DNA of 64,000 nucleotides, from the sequence record DRR723986_5155; one strand, written 5' to 3'. Under the pieces are notes generated by a model. It saw only the letters and a program-made list of their open reading frames with translations, did no database searches and was not told the DNA's origin. Below are positions 59,698-64,000 of the stretch, in pieces. The position numbers and the translations under genes are program-made. Numbering within the stretch: position 1 is the stretch's first letter; each line of letters begins with the position of its first letter.

Positions 59698-62600
59698 GTG
59701 TTCAAATCCAAGCGCATCGTAGACATCTTCTATCACGTCAAAGCGAACCAGGTCAGTCAGGCTGAAGCCGGCGAGGCCTCGGTTCCCTATGACGTCATGA
59801 ACGAGCTTGATGATCCTCGCGATCAAACGCGAAAGGGTGCCAAGACACCCCGCAAGCCTCGCTACACTGATTACACGGCTGGAGACGACAGCGGCGAGTC
59901 CGTCGGTCGTGCTTTCCACTTGCAGCGCGACGACATCTCGAAGTCGTTCTTCTCCAACCCGGACGATCCCTTCCTTCTTCACGGAACGGTTCCCGATGCG
60001 CAGGTCATGATCGATCTCGCCGGGGCCGTTCATCCGCGCACGGGCGCGAAGCTCCGTAAGGACGTCAAAACGAAAAACGCGGACGGCACCCAGAAGAAGC
60101 AGACGGTGGCTTTCGACAGCCCGTTCTCGGCTCCGAAGTCGGTCAGCGTTCTCTGGGGTGTCGCGGATGCGCTCAACCGGGCGGGAGTGGATGTTCCCCA
60201 TGCCCGCGCCATCGAGAAGGCTCAGGAGTATGCCGTCGATGCCGCCATCAAGTGGATGTTCGATGAGGGACTGATCGTCTCCCGGAAGAACAATAAGGAC
60301 CGGAAGGGCAAGAACAAGACCGACGTCGTTCATGCCAATGAAGTCGCTGGAGCCATCTACGATCACAAGACGTCTCGTTCCGGCGACCCGCAGGTTCACA
60401 GCCACTGGGTGATGATGAACCTGTGCCGTCTGGAGAACGGGGATATCCGGACGCTCGATAACGTCCAGATGATCCGCTACCAGAAGACGATCTCCAACAT
60501 CTATCGCACCGCGCTCGCCGAACACCTGCGCGACAGCCTCGGCATTGAATTCGAGGGCGAGAAGGATTGGATCGAAATCGCCGGCATCGGGGCCGATCTG
60601 CGGAAGCAGTTCTCCAAGCGCCGCGAGGACATGGAGAAGGCCGCTCGCGAAAGAGGCTCGTCTCTCGAAAACAAGGGTTACGCCAGCCAGGTCGCTCTGG
60701 CCACTCGCGGAGACAAGGACGACATCCCACCGATCAGCGAGCTCGCTCCGTTGTGGCTCCAGCAGGTTCGTGAACTCGGGTACGACCCGGAGGAACTTCT
60801 TCAGAGCCTCGCTCCGAAAGCGAAGGAAGTTCGTGACGAGCGCGAAAAGCAGGAATTGACGCCGGAGAAAATGAAGACGGCGGCAATGGACGCGCTGACG
60901 GAGAACCTTGCTGTCTTCGAGGATCGCGAGCTGACCGCCGAGTTCACGAAGCTGTATCAGGCGAGCGGCGGCACGTTCGAGGATGCCATCAAGCAACTCG
61001 ACGACATGAAGAAGTCGGAAGAGATCGTGACGCTCGAGTTTGATCGGTATCACGACCCGATCCTGACGACACAGAACATCCTCGGAATGGAAGTCGAAAT
61101 CGTTGAGGTCTCGAAGAAGATGAAGGATCGCTACGAACCCTTCGTGGACGCGCACGTCGTCGAGACCTTCATTGCCGAAAAGCAGCGCGTGAATGGCGAG
61201 CCTGCTCTCAATGTTCTGGATGCCATGAACGCCGCCCTGGACGACATGGGCGTGAACGCCTTCGCGACGACGAAGGAGCGCCGACATTTCGGTCGCCTTC
61301 GGGAGTCCATGACCAAGAAGGGAGGCTTCAACCGGAAACAGCTCGACCGCGTGATCTTCTCTTTCGAGAACATCGCGAAGCGTCTCGGTGACGACGTTCC
61401 CGCTGAAGTCAACGAGACCATCAACGGCTTCCGCGAGCTTGCCGAGAACTGCCCGATGATGACGGCGGAGCAGGCTGACTTCGTTCGTCACCTTCTGGGG
61501 CGTGACGGGGTTTCTGTCGGCGAAGGTTCGGCCGGGGCGGGCAAGACCTACGCTCTGGAGACGGTCGCCAACATCATGCGGTCGCAGGGCAAGACGCCTT
61601 ACATCCTCGCGCCGTCATGGCGTGCGACCGACGTCGCCCGTATCGACACGAAGACCAAAGAGGAATTCGCTCGCGCCATCCAGGGGTTCATCAACCGCTA
61701 CAAGAAGGGTGAGATCCAGGTCGACGCGACCTTCGGCATCATCGTCGACGAAGCCGGGATGGTCGGCCACGAGAACATGCGCGACCTCCTGCGGATCGCG
61801 GATGAGACCGGAGCGCGGCTCATCCTGACGGGTGACCGTCGTCAGATCCAGCCGGTCGCCGCAGGGAATCCTCTCGTCCTGGTCGCCGACGTCGTTGACG
61901 CGAAGCGCATCGATCAGATCCGCCGCCAGAAATTCGCCTGGATGCGCGAGAACTCGACCAAGTTCGCTTCCGGGAACAAGGAGAAGGCCGTCGAGGCGCT
62001 CAAGGACTATGACGCCCGGGGCTTCTTCCAGTGGTTCGATAATTCGGACAAACTGATCGAGACCGCCGCCGCGGACTACGCGAAGATGGTCATGGAGAAC
62101 CCGAACGCTACGCTTCTTGCCATGCACCCCACCAACAGTGGCGTCCGCAAGTTCAATGAAAAAGCTCTGGACCTATTGAGGGAGATGGAAGTCGTCAGCC
62201 CCGCCAAGGACGATGTGTCAATGGAGGTTATCACACGAGGCGCCGAAGCTCAGACCATGGTCGTTGGTTTCGGAAAGGGGCATCGAATTATTCTTGGCGA
62301 GACGCTCGAACTCGACGGCGTTCGTTATGCGAACGGGCAAATCGCAACAATCATGAATGCTTGGCTCGACACAACGGGCGAGCCCTTCTTCGATCTACTC
62401 TTCGATGATGGAAAGCGCAGGATCTTCGCGTGGTCCGACTTCATTCGTCATCGCGAGCTGATGCACAAGAAGAAGGTCGAGAACGGCGACAAGGACATCG
62501 AACCCTTGCTGCCGAAGCTTCAGCACGCTTTCGCTACGACGGAAACGTCCGCGCAGGGCATGACTGTCGACTACTCCTTCATTCTGGATCCGCAGCACTC

Positions 62601-64000
62601 GTATGTCGCCGGCACACGCCATCGCTGGGGCGCGTTCTTCTACGGGAACTACGGCGCCGCTCACGACATCCTGATGTCGAAGAAGGGAGGTGCCATCAAG
62701 CTCTCCAATGACGGATCCATGGTCAACGAAAACGACGAGACCAATCCGAAGGAGGATCTCGTCATCCGTAAGGGCGAGGGCGGCGTCGAAATCTCCGATG
62801 CGGAGGTCAAGGCCGAAGCCTTCAAGATGATGACCCAGCATGGCCCGAAGTGGAATGCCGCCGACTCCTTCCAGTCGCCGAGCGAGTTCCTTGCATTCGC
62901 CTACGGCAAACTCAAGGAGAAGGCCAAGCAGGTGACGGAAGCCGTCGGGACCTCCCTAAAGGCGACCATCATCAACGCCTTCAACGAAACACTGGCCTCC
63001 GGCGAGCAGCCGATGCCCGACTTCACGTCGTCGGTCGCGGAAGCCATCGAGGACGTCGAGTTCGACAATGACAACGAGAGTGCACTTGAAAGCGAGGACG
63101 CTGACATGAAAGCTGGACAGCAGAAATCCGGTAAACAGAAGTGGGTCGGCGGGAAGCCTGAGCGCAGGCTCATCACTGAGAGCGAAACGAGGGAATTCGA
63201 ACGCCACAACATGCTCGACTTCGCATTCAATCGCCTCGGAGCCGACTGGAAGTACAAGGGTCGCGAGAAAGGCCGGAAGTCGCCCAAGTGGGGCGGTCAG
63301 GAGTACGAGCTTAAAATCAGCGGGGACAGCGTTGTCGTGAACCATCGCCGGGACGGCACCTGGTCGTTCTGGGTGCGTGGCGACAAGGCCGACGGCAACC
63401 GTCTCTGGAACCTCGCTGCTCGTTACCTCGGCATGTCCAAGATCGAAGCCATGCACGACCTCCGCAAGGAAGTCGGCACCTCGCCGGATCCCGTCGAGAT
63501 GGAGAGAATGGTCGTCGAGGGCAAGTTCAAGGACAGCGGCAAGGTCCCGGCCTTCAAGGAACAGCCGTTGCATGAGCAGCTGGAAGCGGCATGGCTGAAG
63601 GACTACCGAGGCTCGATTGAAGCTTGGGATGCGACGAACGACGAGGAAGTCGCAGACAAGGAGAAGGCGCTCTCCAAGTTCGACCGCGCCGTCCAGAAGT
63701 GGTCCTACCGTGAAAGCGGTATTTCGGACTATCTCCTGGAGCGTGGACTGACGGCGAAAACGCAGAAGCACTTCGCCGGCGACTTCAAGCTCGCGAACAA
63801 GAAGTATGACAAGCTGAAGTCCGATGGAAAAACCGTACCGGGCGAAGTGCTGTTCGGGCTTCGCGACCGGGCGAACAAGATCGTCGGCTATTTCATGAAG
63901 GGCCGCGAAGGCAAGGGCATGGCCTCCGATCTTTCCGGTGGTGCGCCGACCTTCATGGGATACCGTGGCGGCCGCAAGGGAGATAACGGAGAACGCGTCT
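59698..64000 (+). CDS. MOBF (TrwC/TraI-type) relaxase - SF1B helicase - primase-like fusion, over 1430 aa, truncated by the window end
   Basis: Translated by hand from GTG 59698: AFDSPFSAPKSVSVLW, HKTSRSGDPQVHSH, GSAGAGKT, IVDEAGM, GDRRQIQPV, SAQGMTVD, DYLLERGL..VLFGLRD..IVGY, all in one frame. Confidence 0.93.
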   Translation, partial: MFKSKRIVDIFYHVKANQVSQAEAGEASVPYDVMNELDDPRDQTRKGAKTPRKPRYTDYTAGDDSGESVGRAFHLQRDDISKSFFSNPDDPFLLHGTVPDAQVMIDLAGAVHPRTGAKLRKDVKTKNADGTQKKQTVAFDSPFSAPKSVSVLWGVADALNRAGVDVPHARAIEKAQEYAVDAAIKWMFDEGLIVSRKNNKDRKGKNKTDVVHANEVAGAIYDHKTSRSGDPQVHSHWVMMNLCRLENGDIRTLDNVQMIRYQKTISNIYRTALAEHLRDSLGIEFEGEKDWIEIAGIGADLRKQFSKRREDMEKAARERGSSLENKGYASQVALATRGDKDDIPPISELAPLWLQQVRELGYDPEELLQSLAPKAKEVRDEREKQELTPEKMKTAAMDALTENLAVFEDRELTAEFTKLYQASGGTFEDAIKQLDDMKKSEEIVTLEFDRYHDPILTTQNILGMEVEIVEVSKKMKDRYEPFVDAHVVETFIAEKQRVNGEPALNVLDAMNAALDDMGVNAFATTKERRHFGRLRESMTKKGGFNRKQLDRVIFSFENIAKRLGDDVPAEVNETINGFRELAENCPMMTAEQADFVRHLLGRDGVSVGEGSAGAGKTYALETVANIMRSQGKTPYILAPSWRATDVARIDTKTKEEFARAIQGFINRYKKGEIQVDATFGIIVDEAGMVGHENMRDLLRIADETGARLILTGDRRQIQPVAAGNPLVLVADVVDAKRIDQIRRQKFAWMRENSTKFASGNKEKAVEALKDYDARGFFQWFDNSDKLIETAAADYAKMVMENPNATLLAMHPTNSGVRKFNEKALDLLREMEVVSPAKDDVSMEVITRGAEAQTMVVGFGKGHRIILGETLELDGVRYANGQIATIMNAWLDTTGEPFFDLLFDDGKRRIFAWSDFIRHRELMHKKKVENGDKDIEPLLPKLQHAFATTETSAQGMTVDYSFILDPQHSYVAGTRHRWGAFFYGNYGAAHDILMSKKGGAIKLSNDGSMVNENDETNPKEDLVIRKGEGGVEISDAEVKAEAFKMMTQHGPKWNAADSFQSPSEFLAFAYGKLKEKAKQVTEAVGTSLKATIINAFNETLASGEQPMPDFTSSVAEAIEDVEFDNDNESALESEDADMKAGQQKSGKQKWVGGKPERRLITESETREFERHNMLDFAFNRLGADWKYKGREKGRKSPKWGGQEYELKISGDSVVVNHRRDGTWSFWVRGDKADGNRLWNLAARYLGMSKIEAMHDLRKEVGTSPDPVEMERMVVEGKFKDSGKVPAFKEQPLHEQLEAAWLKDYRGSIEAWDATNDEEVADKEKALSKFDRAVQKWSYRESGISDYLLERGLTAKTQKHFAGDFKLANKKYDKLKSDGKTVPGEVLFGLRDRANKIVGYFMKGREGKGMASDLSGGAPTFMGYRGGRKGDNGERV

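Larger units (their letters stand above)
1..64000. mobile_element. Integrative mobilizable element / genomic island inserted at tRNA-Pro; right end outside the window
   Basis: att site, integrase and excisionase at the left end; MOBF relaxase at the right end; accessory cargo between; no housekeeping genes; no T4SS or phage structural genes seen. Confidence 0.75.

Noticed and set aside
59134-61491. 785-aa minus-strand ORF (also 61615-62127, 62395-62841, 62956-63771)
   Set aside because: Antisense shadows of the relaxase gene.

Overview
This window is the left ~64 kb of an alphaproteobacterial (Rhizobiales-like, inferred) integrative mobilizable element. It begins at an att site made of the 3' half of tRNA-Pro(GGG), next to a tyrosine integrase and excisionase. 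Next come backbone ORFans (2-5 kb) and a defence-like cargo block (5.5-13.6 kb: SRAP, DUF2971-like, HEPN-like, SNase, TIGR02391-like, HIRAN, RES-Xre). A ~35 kb redox/regulatory/metabolic block follows (three CMD/AhpD proteins, ECF41 sigma factor, PAS kinase with FixJ-like regulator, EmrAB, xanthine-dehydrogenase-like enzyme, Aap/Bzt ABC transporter, MetC, an IS66 remnant). A second conflict block (Uma2, REase-TPR-GreAB-PIN, HicAB-like pair, AbiJ-like) precedes a 22-bp iteron-like region and a MOBF relaxase-helicase-primase-like ORF that runs off the window and is missing from the ORF track. The most unusual signal is a family of at least 13 non-coding 25-bp palindromes (AAC-N7-N5-N7-GTT). Their arms differ from copy to copy but stay self-complementary. 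They form a ~36-bp-period array at 13.9-14.25 kb, two-unit mini-arrays at 55.4 and 57.5 kb, and single copies elsewhere. Read in frame, they resemble the variable octapeptide I recall from RhuM-family proteins. All family calls come from motif recognition; no database searches were run.
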